From positions 1 to 64,000 of the forward strand of contig JAHLWZ010000475.1 in the NCBI GenBank assembly GCA_020536535.1: a stretch of 64,000 nucleotides of DNA. The letters are read 5' to 3'. The notes beneath the pieces are model-generated. The model saw only the letters and a program-made list of their open reading frames with translations, made no database searches and was not told the origin of the DNA. Made by a program: the position numbers and the translations under genes. Below are positions 24,687-37,667 of the stretch, piece after piece (positions within the stretch are counted from its first letter, which is position 1; each line of letters begins with the position of its first letter). Source of the stretch: Pelomyxa schiedti (Eukaryota > Protista > Evosea).

Positions 24687-25839
24687 GGGGTGAGTGCCGC
24701 AATTGGCCGAATAGAATAATCAACGGACCGGAACGCTGTCATTTTCGTTACCGTCGCTCAGGATCGGCGGTCTGGTGTTTTTTTTGTTCAGCCACACGTG
24801 TTTCCAAGATTTTTTAGTTGTCATTTTTATCCTGTGTTTGTTGGCTTTGGTTACAGTCCTCTAGTCACCTATCCTTGGTGTTGCCATTGTGCTTGGGTTT
24901 CTTTGGCTGGTTGGTTGAAATCGGTCCTACTGCATGTTGTTGACATGTTGTTGTGTTTGTTGTGCATGTAACTGGCGAACTTCCAGGTACCTTTCGAACT
25001 CCGTGGGTTGTTGTTTGGATTGTTGTGGAGGGTTCATTGTTGTAGTCGGAATCACTCCTGCTGTCAGCGTTCTCGTCATCCTCATTGTAATCACTGTTGA
25101 AATTCCGGCAATAGGCCGCATCATCATCCTCACCAGCACAGTCGGGTCGTTAAAGAGCAGTGAGAAAGAATTTTGAAGTTTAGCAACATGGGGATTACAC
25201 AGGTAAAGAGATAGTTACGAGTTCCAAATGTTTTTGAGTGAACTGATCCTTTTTCGAAATATTTCAACTATAATGCACACATTCAAGCTTTTCAGTGGTG
25301 AAAATAGGGGGAAAAAAAAACCCAAAATAAACTCGTGGGTAGAAGAAGGAGTACAAAGCACAGACCTGCACAGATCTTCTTTCGTGTGCGTAGTTTTTCT
25401 TTTTAATTTGGAAGAGGAAAAGAGCAAACCGAGAGGACGTCGACCCGCAGGGCAGAAGGCGACAGGGATGGAGCTTACGGTGTTATTGACCCGCCACCAG
25501 TCGCATGTCGCCCCCGTATTGTTGCGGATCTTGTGACCTCATAATGTGCGACAACCAGAGCGATGTCGCCTGTGCCCCGGTGCCGAAGACCAAGATCTCC
25601 GGAACAAGACACAGGACTAGACACCGTTAGTGACGCTGAAAAAAAAAAAAAAGAAAAGAAGAAGATTAAAATTTTATTGGGAAGCCAAAGAGCGAGACTG
25701 AGCATACTCCATGTCAATGTGAGCCAGGGATGGAACAAGACCGGTGCTGATTTTTGGACCAAAGTTCTTTCTGTTGAAATAGACTAGGTGAGCCTAGTAT
25801 GAGAGGTAATAAACAGTGGGATCAATAAACCATCTTCCG

Positions 25840-26172
25840 ATGAAGGACTGTGAAGCTGAAATCTGAAGAGAACTCAGTAGAGAAAGAAACAAAGGTGTAG
25901 GACCAGCTCAGAAATGAAGAGTCTACAAACGGGAGGTGCCCAAAAAAGATTTCAGGACTATACAGGTTTGGGCTAAAAACGACACTGAGAAAGGCAGGAA
26001 CCAGCTCGGCAAAGTGCAGCCCTCCGATATCAAGCCCAGGAAGTCCGGTTCTGCAATTAACCGTTCCAGATGGGCCATGCCAACAGAGGCAAGCAAGATG
26101 TGGGAGTTTCACATCCAGCAACTGCTGGAGCCCCATCCCGGCTCCGACGAAACAGATACCGAGTCAGAGTAA
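25840..26172 (+). pseudogene. Decayed reading frame with two in-frame TGA codons
   Basis: The frame MKDCEAEI*RELSRERNKGVGPAQK*RVYKREVPKKDF...DTESE has TGA at 25864 and 25915, both in Arg-like contexts. Confidence 0.35.
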
Positions 26173-26621
26173 AACAAACAAACAAAAGCAAATCCGTCAC
26201 AGTCCAAGAAATCACTTACACAAGTGTGGGTGCACAACTTGACTTGTCGCTGTCACAAGTTGGTGCCTGATGATCCTTGCGTGGGGGTCCCCCACGAGCT
26301 GTACAAGGATCATGGATGAAGACGATCGGGGCAAGGAAAAGCCATTCTTGTCATTTCCTTGCAGGTTGTTTGAAATTGAGACGATGGCTGTGAAGCCAAA
26401 GATTCCTGAACGTTGCTCCGGTTCTGCTTCCAAACCAAGAAGCTCAGATGTTGAACAACAGAAAAAACAAGTTTTTTCAAAATGTCCCCTGGGACGAAAA
26501 AAAAAAACAACACAACAAACCACTTCTTTCCCCCCTTCTTCGAATGTCACATCTGGCGTCCTTCGTTCCTCATTCCTTCCGGTTGTTGTTGTTCCCGTCA
26601 GCCTCCCGCCACAGTCCCACA

Positions 26622-29600
26622 ATGTTGTACCGCCTCCTTCTGCCCTTCCTCTGCATTTCAGTTCTGTCCCTGCACCTTTCCTCGTGCACGACCTGCAGCC
26701 TCACTCCCATAAGGGTGCAATTGCACTGGACCGCTCAGGCCCAGTTTGCCGGGTACTACTCAGCCGCTGTACGTGATTTCTATCCAAAAATCCCCCTGCC
26801 ACCCACTACACCAACATTTTTTTGCCCCAGAACAATCACATCTCCTAACCCCACGCTTCCCAAAGTCCTTTGGTTACTTTGAAGACGAATGCCTATCTGT
26901 TACCGTTGTGGCTGGGGGGCCTGGATACGATCCAGTTGAGGAATTGACATCTGGGAGATCACAATTCGCGAATCTGTGGGCTGCAACTGCACTTGCATCA
27001 CGTGAGGCCGGAACGAGATTGGTGACAGTGAGCCAATTATGGCAAAGTTCCAGTTTGGTTTGTGTCAGCTGGAAGTCATCTGGACTCTCAAATCCTAGTC
27101 ATTGGCCTGGTCACACTGTGGGAGTCTGGGATTCGAATGGATTAGCAACTGAGGTTGGTTGTGAAATTCAATTGTTATATTTCCAAAACTCCCTGCTCCT
27201 AGCTCAAGTTTCACTCAACTTTTTTTTCAGGTCCGAGTTTTGGGAAGAGAGTATGGAGTAAGTGAAAAGAACTATACTGAAGTGGCCCAAGGATTCACAG
27301 TCAGTCCTCTTTTTGATGGCAGTATTGAAGTAATATCTGCTACGACTTACAATGAGTTGTCTCAAATTCTGGAAACTGTGAATACTGAAACACAGGACAC
27401 GTACAAGACATCTGATTTGTACATCCTCAGATTAGCTGATAGTGGTGTGGTCATTGTGGAGGATAGCGTTGTTGTCACTGAGGAATTCCTTGCACAAAAT
27501 GAAACTATAGTGAAAGCTTTTTTAAAAGCTTTGACCCGTGGATGGCTAAAATGCCGACTTGATCCAGAATCCTGTGTTTCTCTTCTTCCCACCTCAGATG
27601 ACCACCAACGTTGGATGATGAATGAAGTCAACCGCATGTTGTGGCTGTTCCGGGGACAACCCTTTGGTGTGCCTACATCAAGTGCTTGGGACAGTACCCT
27701 ATCCTTGTGTCAGAGTGTCTCCACAACAAATCATCCGTTGAATAGCTCAGTATACACTGGTGCTTTGAATACGACTCTGCAACGTAGCGTTGTTCAGGAA
27801 CTGAGTGACGAAGGATATGATGTCTATGGGTTTAATTACACCTACACACAGTTTTCATGGTGCCTGAAGTGCAAGGCGGGATCTAAAGCAACTTTATGCC
27901 AGACAATGCCTGCCAGTAATAAAACCTCAACCACGCTAATTACAGCTATCTCGGTTCCTTTTGGAATCCTAGCACTTGCAGTAACTGCTATATCTATTGT
28001 ACTCCTTCTAAAGCTGAAAGAAGCTCGAAATAGAGTCCAGCAACTTGAAGACGAAATAGATAAGCACGCCAATTTCTCTGTTGTTGGTGCCCCCGCACAG
28101 AAGGCAATAGATTCTCTGATTCGACTAAAAAAGAAGCACTGGATTGGTACTTCTGACCATGATGAACTGAGCCGAGTTATATCCCTGATAGCAAGTAATA
28201 GATTATATAATGCAGATATGCTGGAAGAATCACTTCAAGCAAAAAAAGTGGATGCAGAAGTGGACGCCTTTCTTGTGGATCTACTTGTCAAGCATGATAA
28301 GGCAAACCCTTTGCACCTTCCTGAAAGCTCCACAACTAGCAGCATTATGACTATTCTTGTTGAAGCGGACCCAAGCATTTCGACTGATTCTCTTTTTAAA
28401 TCTATTGGAGATTCCCGGGCCACTAATGCTGGTTGGGATTTTGATATATTTTCCATGGCTCCCAATAGCATGCTTTCACGTGTGCTTTTTTCAAATCTCA
28501 AGCTGCATTAACTTCTCTCTAGCGCTAGAGATGATTGGCTTAGCATTACTTGAGGAATTTGGACTTGTGTCATACTTTCATTTGGATGTTAGAACTCTTG
28601 TTTCTTTTTTACGACGCCTCTGCAGTGGTTATAGCACTACTAATCCATATCATAATGCACTCCATGCTGCTGACGTAACGCAGGTAAAATTTTTGGCTGC
28701 GTAATTATATTCTAATACTGTTAGGCAATGGGTGTCCTTCTGTTCCAGTACCAGAAGTCAGCCCAAGCACAACACTGCAGTGCTGCTACTTTGTCACCCA
28801 TGGAACTTCTGTGTGCTGTAGTGGCTGCGCTGATACATGACTTCGCTCATCCAGGTATTCCATTTCCATATGTGAAGAACCTGCTTATTCTTCAAGGCGT
28901 AAACAATAACTTCATTACTGCCACAATGCATGAAATTGGGTTGCAACATAATTTCATTTCTCCACTAGAAAATATGCACGCTTCTGAAGCATTACAATTA
29001 CTTCTGAGGTGTCTCCTTCTCTCCCATTTTTCATTGTTTACCGGAAAAAGAAAGGAGAATAACTTTTTGACTGATCTGCCCTCAAATGAATATCTCGAGT
29101 TTCATCGGAACGTCGTAACACTCGTACTAGCAACAGACATGACGAGACACATTGAGATTACGGGACAAGTTACTGCCAAACTATCCACGACGAGTACTGG
29201 TGCCAAGTGAGCTCTTTCTAAACACGCCTTATTCTCACTGATGATTCCCAAAGGTCTTCCATAGATCACCTTCTCCTGCTACAGATAATGCTCAAGTATG
29301 CAGATATGCATTATAATAGTTTCTCCTAACGCAATCAACCTAAACAAAACAGGTTCGCAGATATCAGTGCACCGTCTCGCAAATGGCCTCAATGTGAGCG
29401 ATGGGCCACATTTGTTCAGAACGAATTCTACAGTCAAGGTGATAAGGAACGAGTACTGGGACTTACCATAAGTCCGGGAATGGACCGCACTACCACCAAT
29501 TGGCCCAAGTGCCAGGCCACGTTCATCAAATACGTGGTTCAGCCGCTAGCAGATTTGATGGACCAAATGATCAACCTCGAAACGCTTGGAATCAAGGAAA

Positions 29601-29647
29601 ACCTGAAAGATAACGAGGCCAGATGGATGGAATTAGATCACCAATGA
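26622..29647 (+). CDS. Single-pass receptor: signal peptide, NMT1/THI5-like solute-binding ectodomain, TM helix, coiled coil, class I cyclic-nucleotide phosphodiesterase
   Basis: Signal MLYRLLLPFLCISVLSL; NMT1/THI5 motifs VQLHWTAQAQFAGYYSA..GYFEDECLSV..GGP, ATTYNE, KAFLKALTRGW; TM ISVPFGILALAVTAISIVLLL; PDE motifs NPYHNALHAADVTQ, AALIHDFAHPGVNNNF, LENMH, LATDMTRH, KFADIS, EFYSQGDKER, QATFIKYVVQP. Confidence 0.92.
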
Positions 29648-29789
29648 CTCATAGAATGCAACACTTTTGCCAGTGTTGTAACTCACTATCTCTATCACAA
29701 CCAAAACCTACCACCAATAGTTTGTACATTACAAAAGAAAGAAATGGAAACTATCTTTTTTTTGTCACTTTGTTTTTGGTTTATGACTA

Positions 29790-31373
29790 TCACAGGAGAT
29801 AGGAGAAGTCCTGGCATGACGAAACAAATACACCAAACATGAAATCCATCACATGTGGGTTGCGTAAAACATCCTCATGCTTGTTTTCAAGCTCCCCTGC
29901 AGATTCAAGTGTTGACTTTACTTTGGTGAGGAACATTGCAAGCCGGACTCCATTTTCTGATTCTTGGGTTGTTGATTTGCTATGCTCGGGTGTTGTGGTA
30001 CAGGGAGGGCTCAACAGAGGTTCAACAGAGCTAAGAACAGAGCTAAACCGGGTGTGAACTGCCACAAGTAGCAACTGGGAAAACTGGAAACTGAACATGT
30101 TTAAGTAAAAATATTGCCCACATATGAGTGGGTTCGAACCTGGACAAGATTTGGAATGTCTTTCCAACCATAAACTGGAGTTCAGCAGATTCTCCAGACA
30201 TGAAGTCAGGGGAATCTCGGAGGATGAAGGGGAGCACAGCGGAACCCTGGTTTGCAGTTCCCGTGCCTTCGACGGTGTCACACACTTGCGCAGCAAGCTG
30301 ATTCAGATCCGCAAATGTTAATACTTTGTCCAGAGGCCATCTGTGGGTTCCATTAGAAGATGCCTGCTTCTTCAACTTGAGTACGTGCTAAACAGGTCTG
30401 AAACGATTTTTTTAGTCCTTCCTATCAATGTCTCAACAATGGAGTGGCACCACCTCTCAGTGATACCCAAAAATTGGGCTTGCAGTCCAGGCGTAATTGA
30501 AGGGTGTGAAGGCTATTGAAGGGTGTTGTGTGTTAGTTCCAGTACAGAAAAGTGAAATTGACCTGGTCACTTTCATTCAGACAGACAAGAGGTGGCAAAT
30601 ACACGCAGTTCGAGACAATATTGAGTTGAACTTGCATTAAGAGTGGGAGTAGACACTGAACGTAAGGAACCACTATCAGCAGCGTGATTGCTGTACGCGT
30701 TATGAACTGTAAGAGTGGTGTGGTTTCGTACAATTAATCTTCATTTCTTCCCAAAGCAATCTTCTTTCCTCCTTTGATGCTTCCCTCATCTAAACAACTT
30801 TTGGCCTGAGTGAATTACCAACAAATTCGATTCCAAAGAATCACAAAGAAATTGACATACCCGGGCAGGAGAAGGCGGTGCCAACATTGCACAAACATGC
30901 GTAATACTCGTTTCAAGATGGCGCTTCACATTCTCGTTCCCAGCCACCTGAGCACTCCGAAAGTACAACTTCACTCTATTGCACACAAAAGGGGGGGGGG
31001 GTGGGGGGGAACCTTTGAGTTCCACATTAAAAAAAACAACACACACCCAACGTATCTCACTAGTCAACACCAATACCCTCCCTCACACCCCAAAAACAGC
31101 AACAACAAAACGAGAAGAAATAAAAATCCATCAACACGCAGCGGCGGCTTAGGCCGGGGTACGCAACTTGGTCAGCGTCTTCGCCCTGTCGGCGCTGCGT
31201 TCAGACATGGCGCGGTCGGCGCCGGCGGCCATGTCGCCGATGGCCTTGGCCGCCACGGCCCCCGCGCCCACCACCACCGCGAGCCCCCCTACGTCCCACA
31301 CCGCCCCGGCGCCGCGCACCGCTGCGTCCCCAAGCGCGCCAAGCAGCCCCGTCAAAAACCCGCCCCCGCTCAT
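29790..31373 (-). CDS. Hypothetical protein (multi-exon)
   Basis: GC-rich first exon MSGGGFLTGLLG and several downstream minus-strand ORF segments flanked by GT/AG. No recognised domain; structure uncertain. Confidence 0.5.
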
Positions 31374-31649
31374 CGTCGTTTGTCGATTCCTTGTTGTTTT
31401 CTGATGTAACTCCTCAGCTCCAGTATCCTGAGGGACAAATTGGTGCCTGTAAGGAAACAGCTAGAGAGGTGGTTCCCTGCACTGTCCCCAACTGTCCCCC
31501 AATCTGCCAAAGGCAAATTTCCTCAGGGGACCACACTTCTTCACAGGGACCGACTGGGGGTCCAGATAAAGCCACAGAAGAATTCCTCAGATCGTTCTAT
31601 TTTTTTTTTTTTTGAAGAACACAAGGTTCAAAAAATTCGTACTTGGAAA

Positions 31650-33507
31650 ATGAACGACCTCCGTTCTGCAGCTGTTCGACGGGTTGACAACTTGGTTGGT
31701 CACATTACTGCCTCCCCGCTCAACAGGTGACTCCCATAACTTACGGTTTTGGTTACACCATTTAAGCCTCTTCCGGACTTCCACCCAACCCCACATCACT
31801 TTCTCCCTCGAATTCAAATCACATACCTCGTATTAACCGCCAAGTAGCGTAAAGAAGACAGTGTTGGTGTTAGGCGGTGGACTTGTGGGAGGTGTATTGG
31901 CTGGTGACCTCAGCACTGATGACGACATTGTTGTGACTGTTGCCGATGCTTCTCCTGCCGCCCTTGCTCGTTTAAAAACGGGTGTGTATCTCCACTGGGA
32001 CTCACAACTATGTCTAGCAAAATTACATAATAAAACAGTCGGCGAGTGACCTAACTATCTTGTATTTTCGAAGCGTACCCCAGATTGAACACGATAAAAT
32101 TGGATTTGTCGGACAAAGCTGCTATCATTAAAGCTGTTGGCCCATTTGATATGGTTGTTGGCGCACTACCTTCTTGGCTTGGGTTTAATGCCCTAAGTGC
32201 GGTTGTGGAAGCTAATAAGAACTACGTTGACATCTCTTTTATGGAGGTAGTCACCCTTCAGCTTTCTTTGTCCCTCACCTTTTTAAAAGCAAGACTACAC
32301 CCAGCTTGACAGCATAGCAAAGGCTAAAGGAACTGTTGTTGTATGTGACTGTGGAGTTGGTCCTGGAATGTCTCATATGAGTGCGTTTCTCTTCACCCTT
32401 GTAAGAGGATTCTTTCTAATCTCCATTTTTAATAGTGTGTGCCTATGGTTCGAAATTCTTCGTACCTGATGGTTGCGAAGATTGCATAATATACATTGGT
32501 GGTGTACCACTCTACCCGAAACCACCATTCAACTACAAAGTGCCTTTCTGTCCTCATGATGTTTTTGCTGAATACACACGTGATTCAACAGTCGTTAGGA
32601 ATGGCAAGGTGAAGAAAAAAGACCCCCATCATGTTATACTTACAGAACATTTAAGGTTCTCCGTGTTCCCGCGCTCACGGAACTGGAGACTATTCTTCTT
32701 CCTATGGTTCCTGAAGGCAAACCCATGGAGGCATTTATCACAGATGGATTGCGTTCATTAACGCAGAAACCAATTGCTAAAAATATGGTAAAGTACCTAA
32801 TTGGTAGGCTTATTTTTTTACCTGGTAGTGCACAGTGTGAAAAAACTCTCAGGTGGCCGGGATATCATAACTTTGTCCTGTCATTAAAGGATGCTGGCTT
32901 TTTCGGCATGGACCCAATAAAAATCACTTCCACTGTAAGTAATTTTCAATTTTTGTTCCTACTGTTCAGCTGTTTTCACAGGGGCAAACTATTGTTCCTG
33001 ATGCTGTTACATCTCAGCTCCTACTTCCTCACTGGAAGCAGAATCTTGATACAGACCCTGAGTGCACTGTATGACAGATTTGTTTTTCCATTGCCCTCAT
33101 ATTAGTTGTAAAAGGTCATGCGTGTCCAACTGACTGGTATCGGCAATGAACGTTCTGGAGCACCTGGCAAAAGGTGCCGGATAACATTTGACCTGTTTGT
33201 TTCGACAGACATTTCGAGACCTGTCAGAAGGTACCCAAACATTAAATCCAATAACCTCAAACTCTTCCGCTTCTCCTTCTACTTCAACACTGGGCAGTCA
33301 TTCACACTACTACATAGGTCTTCCATGGCTGTTTCTACCGGGTGCACATGTGCCCTTGTGGCCCGCATGGTCCTCCATGGACAATATGCTGTTCCCGGAG
33401 TACATCCCCCAGAGGTTATTGGATTCCAGGACAACCTCTTTGAGCAATACACACAAGGAATGGCCTCGCGGGGTGTGAGGTGGAGCTGCACCAAGGAAAT
33501 TCTCTGA
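31650..33507 (+). CDS. Prokaryote-type saccharopine dehydrogenase-like / lysine 6-dehydrogenase family oxidoreductase
   Basis: Rossmann VLVLGGGLVG, GALPSWLGF, YVDISF, DCGVGPGMSH, IYIGGVP..PPFNYK, AEYTR, EAFITDGLRSL, EKTLRWPG and SMAVSTG. Confidence 0.88.
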
Positions 33508-33732
33508 TCGATCTGCCTTGGGCTTGATAGTTTCTCCTACAATGCACCTCCAAAAGACGAAAACAAGACAAACAAAACTCCACAGGCGCGAAAATTGTCC
33601 CTGGACATTTAGTGCTTTCTTGTTTTGGAAAGGCAATTCAAGCAAGTTCACTACTTTTTTTTTGTTGCTGCGATCTTGCCAGGGAAAACAGACAACCAAA
33701 AGAATAAACGGGCTCGTTGGAAACGCACCGAG

Positions 33733-35646
33733 ATGAGCACAGGAGATCCAGAGGCCAATACGCGCTGTGCCAAACCACATAAATGTTTTTTCCCAGATGT
33801 GTACCCCGAGGTCGCTGACGACCAACACGAACCTAGTTGTTGTGGTAAATGCTGGGGCAACAGGTTGGTTTTTTTTTTTATCCATTGCTCTTCTCTCTCT
33901 CTCTTTTTTGTTGACAGAAACCAACTCGAACATTTTTTTTTATCTTTCAGGTTCGTGGGGCTTATCGTGTTGTGTCTTCTTCAACTTTTTGCAATGATAG
34001 ACAGAGCACTCCCTTCTTCAATGAAGGATACCATAAAAGAGGATTTGGATCTCAGTGACTTCCAAACAGGTTTCTACTTGCTGTATTTATTCTATTCTTA
34101 TCTATACGTAGGAGTCATTTTTACTGGTTTTGTTATCGTCAATGTCGTTGCATCTACATTTTTTGGCCATTTAGTTGATAAAGGATTTTCAAGAAAGGTA
34201 CTCAACAATCTAAATATGCTCATTCTTATCAACATAGCTTCTTCTTTCCTGCGGCATGGTCGCATGGTCTATTGCAGCCTGTTGTACGGCGTTATGTAAC
34301 AATTTTGTTCAACTTATGATTCCCAGAGCAATAGTCGGTGTGGGTGAAGGTACATGTTCTACATAGTTATTATTCTTCTTCTTACATTCTCTTCCTAAAG
34401 CCTCCCTTGCGGCAGTTCTTCCCCCCCTTATCTGTGACTACTTCCCACCACATCAAGTATCAAAAGCCCTTTCTACCACCTATACCATGATTCCAGTTGG
34501 CACAGCCCTATCATATGTGCTTGGGGGATATCTTTCTGGCATCATTGGTTGGCGGCTTGCTTTTGTTGTGAGCGGCGCACCCGGGATAATGGTATTTGCT
34601 GTATTGCTCTTGAAGACACCCGTAAAAGGGAATTATGAAGATGCTGCGGCAAAGAAAAGCACACCTCCTGGAGGTATAGAAGGACTGAAGGTACTCATGT
34701 TTACAAGGTCGTTAGTGACTTGGCCTTAAGATTTTATTGACTACTCCATCTTGGGTTGCTCTTCTCATAGGACGTCTTGGCACGGCCTTTTGTACAGGCG
34801 CAATGACAGATTGGCTCCCAACTTATTTCCTAAGGTGCTTGTTTATTTGTTATATTAACATATATCTTCTTCCACCTAGCTATTAATAAAACAAAAACAC
34901 TGATTTACGAACCCCCAAACCACACTCCCCCTCTCACAGAACCTTCAATCTAGAGGAAGGACAAGTTGGATTGATTGTTGGGTTCATTGTGCTTTGTGGT
35001 GGTTTCCTTGGGACTATTTGTGGAAGCCTTATTGGAGATTTTGCGCGCAGGTGCATGAGGCAGCCTTATTTCTTTGTTAGCTTTCTTGCAGCTTTCCTTA
35101 CAGCTAGCTTGGTTACCACCTATCTCTTGCTTGAGAATAAGTGGGTGTCCTTATCTTTCGCATTTGTTGCGACTATCTGCCTCTTTTTAGCACTTGGTGG
35201 GATACTTCTATAATACACTCTAAACTAATCGTCTTTCAAAGGCCCACTGGGTGCGATATTGAATAATTGTGTTGCTGCAAATCTCAGGGGAAGAGCTAAC
35301 AGGTGTGATCTTATCCACAAACTCTGTGAATAACAAAAACAGTTATGAGGCCCTTTTTGTCTGTATCTTGGGAGCTTCATACAGCTCTGCCGCTGTGGTA
35401 TGGAAAACAAATCCAACTACTTGACACTCATACATTGTGCAGGGGGCAGTTTCAGATGCCACTGGCAATGTTGCATACGGGCTTCTTTTAGTGCCTTGCA
35501 TGTTGCTGATACCCATAGTTGTTTGGTGTATAGCTTGGCTGTTTATCAAGCAGGACACCTCTGGTGAAACCTACAGAGAGAAAACAGAAGCAGAAAAAAA
35601 AGATACAAAGCGCAACGAATTGACTGGCCTAGTTTCAGAACATTAA
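33733..35646 (+). CDS. Spinster-like MFS transporter
   Basis: MIDR..IKEDLDLSDFQTG, FGHLVDKGFSRK, RAIVGVGEA, PPLICDYFP, IPVGTALSYVLGG..GWRLAF and multiple TM segments. Confidence 0.88.
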
Positions 35647-35710
35647 TAATTTAAAGCACGTTCTTCTGTACTTGTTTACGTGACAACAAGAAAAAATTTG
35701 TTATTTTTGC

Positions 35711-37387
35711 TCAGTCAAAATGGACAGTTGAGCTTGCGGAAAATCTAGAATTGAGAGTGCCAGCTTCCTTTACAAGTTTATGTGCAAGTGATTGGTCAAT
35801 GTGGGTGCTCTGAAGGTCCCGTTCTCTTTGAGGAATATGTGAGTGTTTTTTGAGACTGTGTCTGAAGGAGATAGCAAACCTGTCGAAATACGGTTCATAG
35901 CCATCATCTGCCTTCTTTTGAAGTTCCTTCTTTCTGCCATAGAAAGAGAGTTCCTCTGGGGAAATACCACTGCGTGCAACAGTTTCCCCACGTGAAACCT
36001 TCTCAGAGTATTCCTCAACAAGTGATTTACTTCGGTATTTCCTCTGGAAAAGTGATGTCGGAATCGGAAGTAATTGATGAGGGGAAAGTACATTATAAAT
36101 ATCCATAAGCTTTTTCGCTTCCATTTCCTGTTTTGATAAGGGTGCCTCTCCTTCCACCCGGCTTTTCTACAAGTCACTCAGAAACAGAAGGCAAACTTAA
36201 AACGGTTACCTTAGGACCTGTGGGTTGTTCAGGCTCACTGCCAGGGATTCTCTTGCGTATTATACCTTCTTCTCGCTCCTTTGCCTTCCGAGCCCTAAAA
36301 ATTAATCACCATTTTGGGTAAACAAGGGTAAGGCCTAAAGCATACTTATCAGCCGGTGTGTCAGTCCATACACTCGAATCACCTATCTCTAAGCTGTTTT
36401 TCCGGAATTGACGTGGCTTACCCAAGACAGCTATCAAGAAATAAACAGGAGGTCAGTTTTAAAGATAAACTTCTACACATACTTTTCTGTGTCCTTTCCT
36501 TAGGTATGGAAAGCATCCAATCCGGCCGTTTCAGTTTGTCATCCTTTAAGAGTAAGGGAAATCACCTAGGTAGAGTTCAGGTACCTCAGTAGGCAGTTCA
36601 CCCTTCACCCGCAGCCATTCTTGCTTTGCCCATCTGGCCTCTTCCTCCTCAGTCGGCAATTGCTGCAGTGCAAGCCTCTGGTGGGAACGAGGGTCACTAA
36701 CCGGACAGGGTCCAATGATAACATTTCTCGTTGGTGCAACCGAACTGGTCTGAACCATAACGAAGGTAAAATCAGCATAACCACATTTACCCCATCAACA
36801 AAATAAAGAACAAACAAAACCAATAAAAATAACCAAACAAAAACAAAAAGGAACAACGAGCGTTTGTACCCAAAACCAACACCACAACAACCACAAAAAT
36901 TCTAGGAGGCAAACAAAACGGAAACAAAAACGGGGGGGGGGGGGGGGGGGGGGAAAAAAAAAAAAAAAAGTAAGCAAACAGGGGGGTTTCGTGTCGACTC
37001 CTCACCGCTGCTGCTCATGTGCCCGTGTTGTTGATGTTGTTGGCGCGCGCCCCCACCGATCCCCGGGTCCTTCGGCTCCTCGCCCTCGCCCTCGCCGTCG
37101 CCGTCGCCGCTGGCCCCGCCGCCTCTCCCTGCGCCCTGTGCCGCGTCCGGCCTCGCCCTCCCTGGGCCCCTGCCTCCGCTGTCCTCCGCGTCGTGGTGTT
37201 CCGTGCTCCTATGGGTGGTGCTGCTGCTGCTGCTCGTGGTGGTGGCGGTCGTGGTGGGCCTGCTGGGGAGGGCACTGCTACTTGGGCTTACAGGTTTTTC
37301 TTTGGGTGTTTCTGTGCCCAGGAGATCATCCAGGGAGGGACCCATTACCCGCCGTCTCGCGTTTGCCGCCGGCTTGGGTCCCAACAT
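35711..37387 (-). CDS. DUF3752 / GPALPP1-like protein
   Basis: N-terminal GP motifs (MLGPKP, RRVMGPS, IIGPCP), then RPDWML, KSLVEEY, FDRERDL and LNSRFS. Confidence 0.75.
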
Positions 37388-37667
37388 CGTAATTTTCCTA
37401 AACAATGATGAGCTTGGAACTTTTCTTGTACTGTGCAAACACTACGGGTCTGCTCCATGTTCAGCCTGTCTCAGTGTACCAGAGGGAGGAAATAGGCGAG
37501 TTTGGTCAAGTGGATCTGGCAATTTGGCAATTACCTCAACACTGTGCCCAAGTTGCTAATTCCCTTTCTGGAAAACATGTACTGTTCTCTGGAACATAAA
37601 ACAGGAAAGTGTGCCTTGTTTGTTTGCATAATAACCAAAACAAACCCAGGCAGTACAACGCCCCACA

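Noticed and set aside
24927-25139. Small Gln-rich minus-strand gene
   Set aside because: There is an upstream in-frame stop, no recognisable domain and no clear splice partner.
36922-36969. G22 run followed by an A-run as a regulatory or G-quadruplex element
   Set aside because: These are intronic homopolymers, common in this window and error-prone in assembly.
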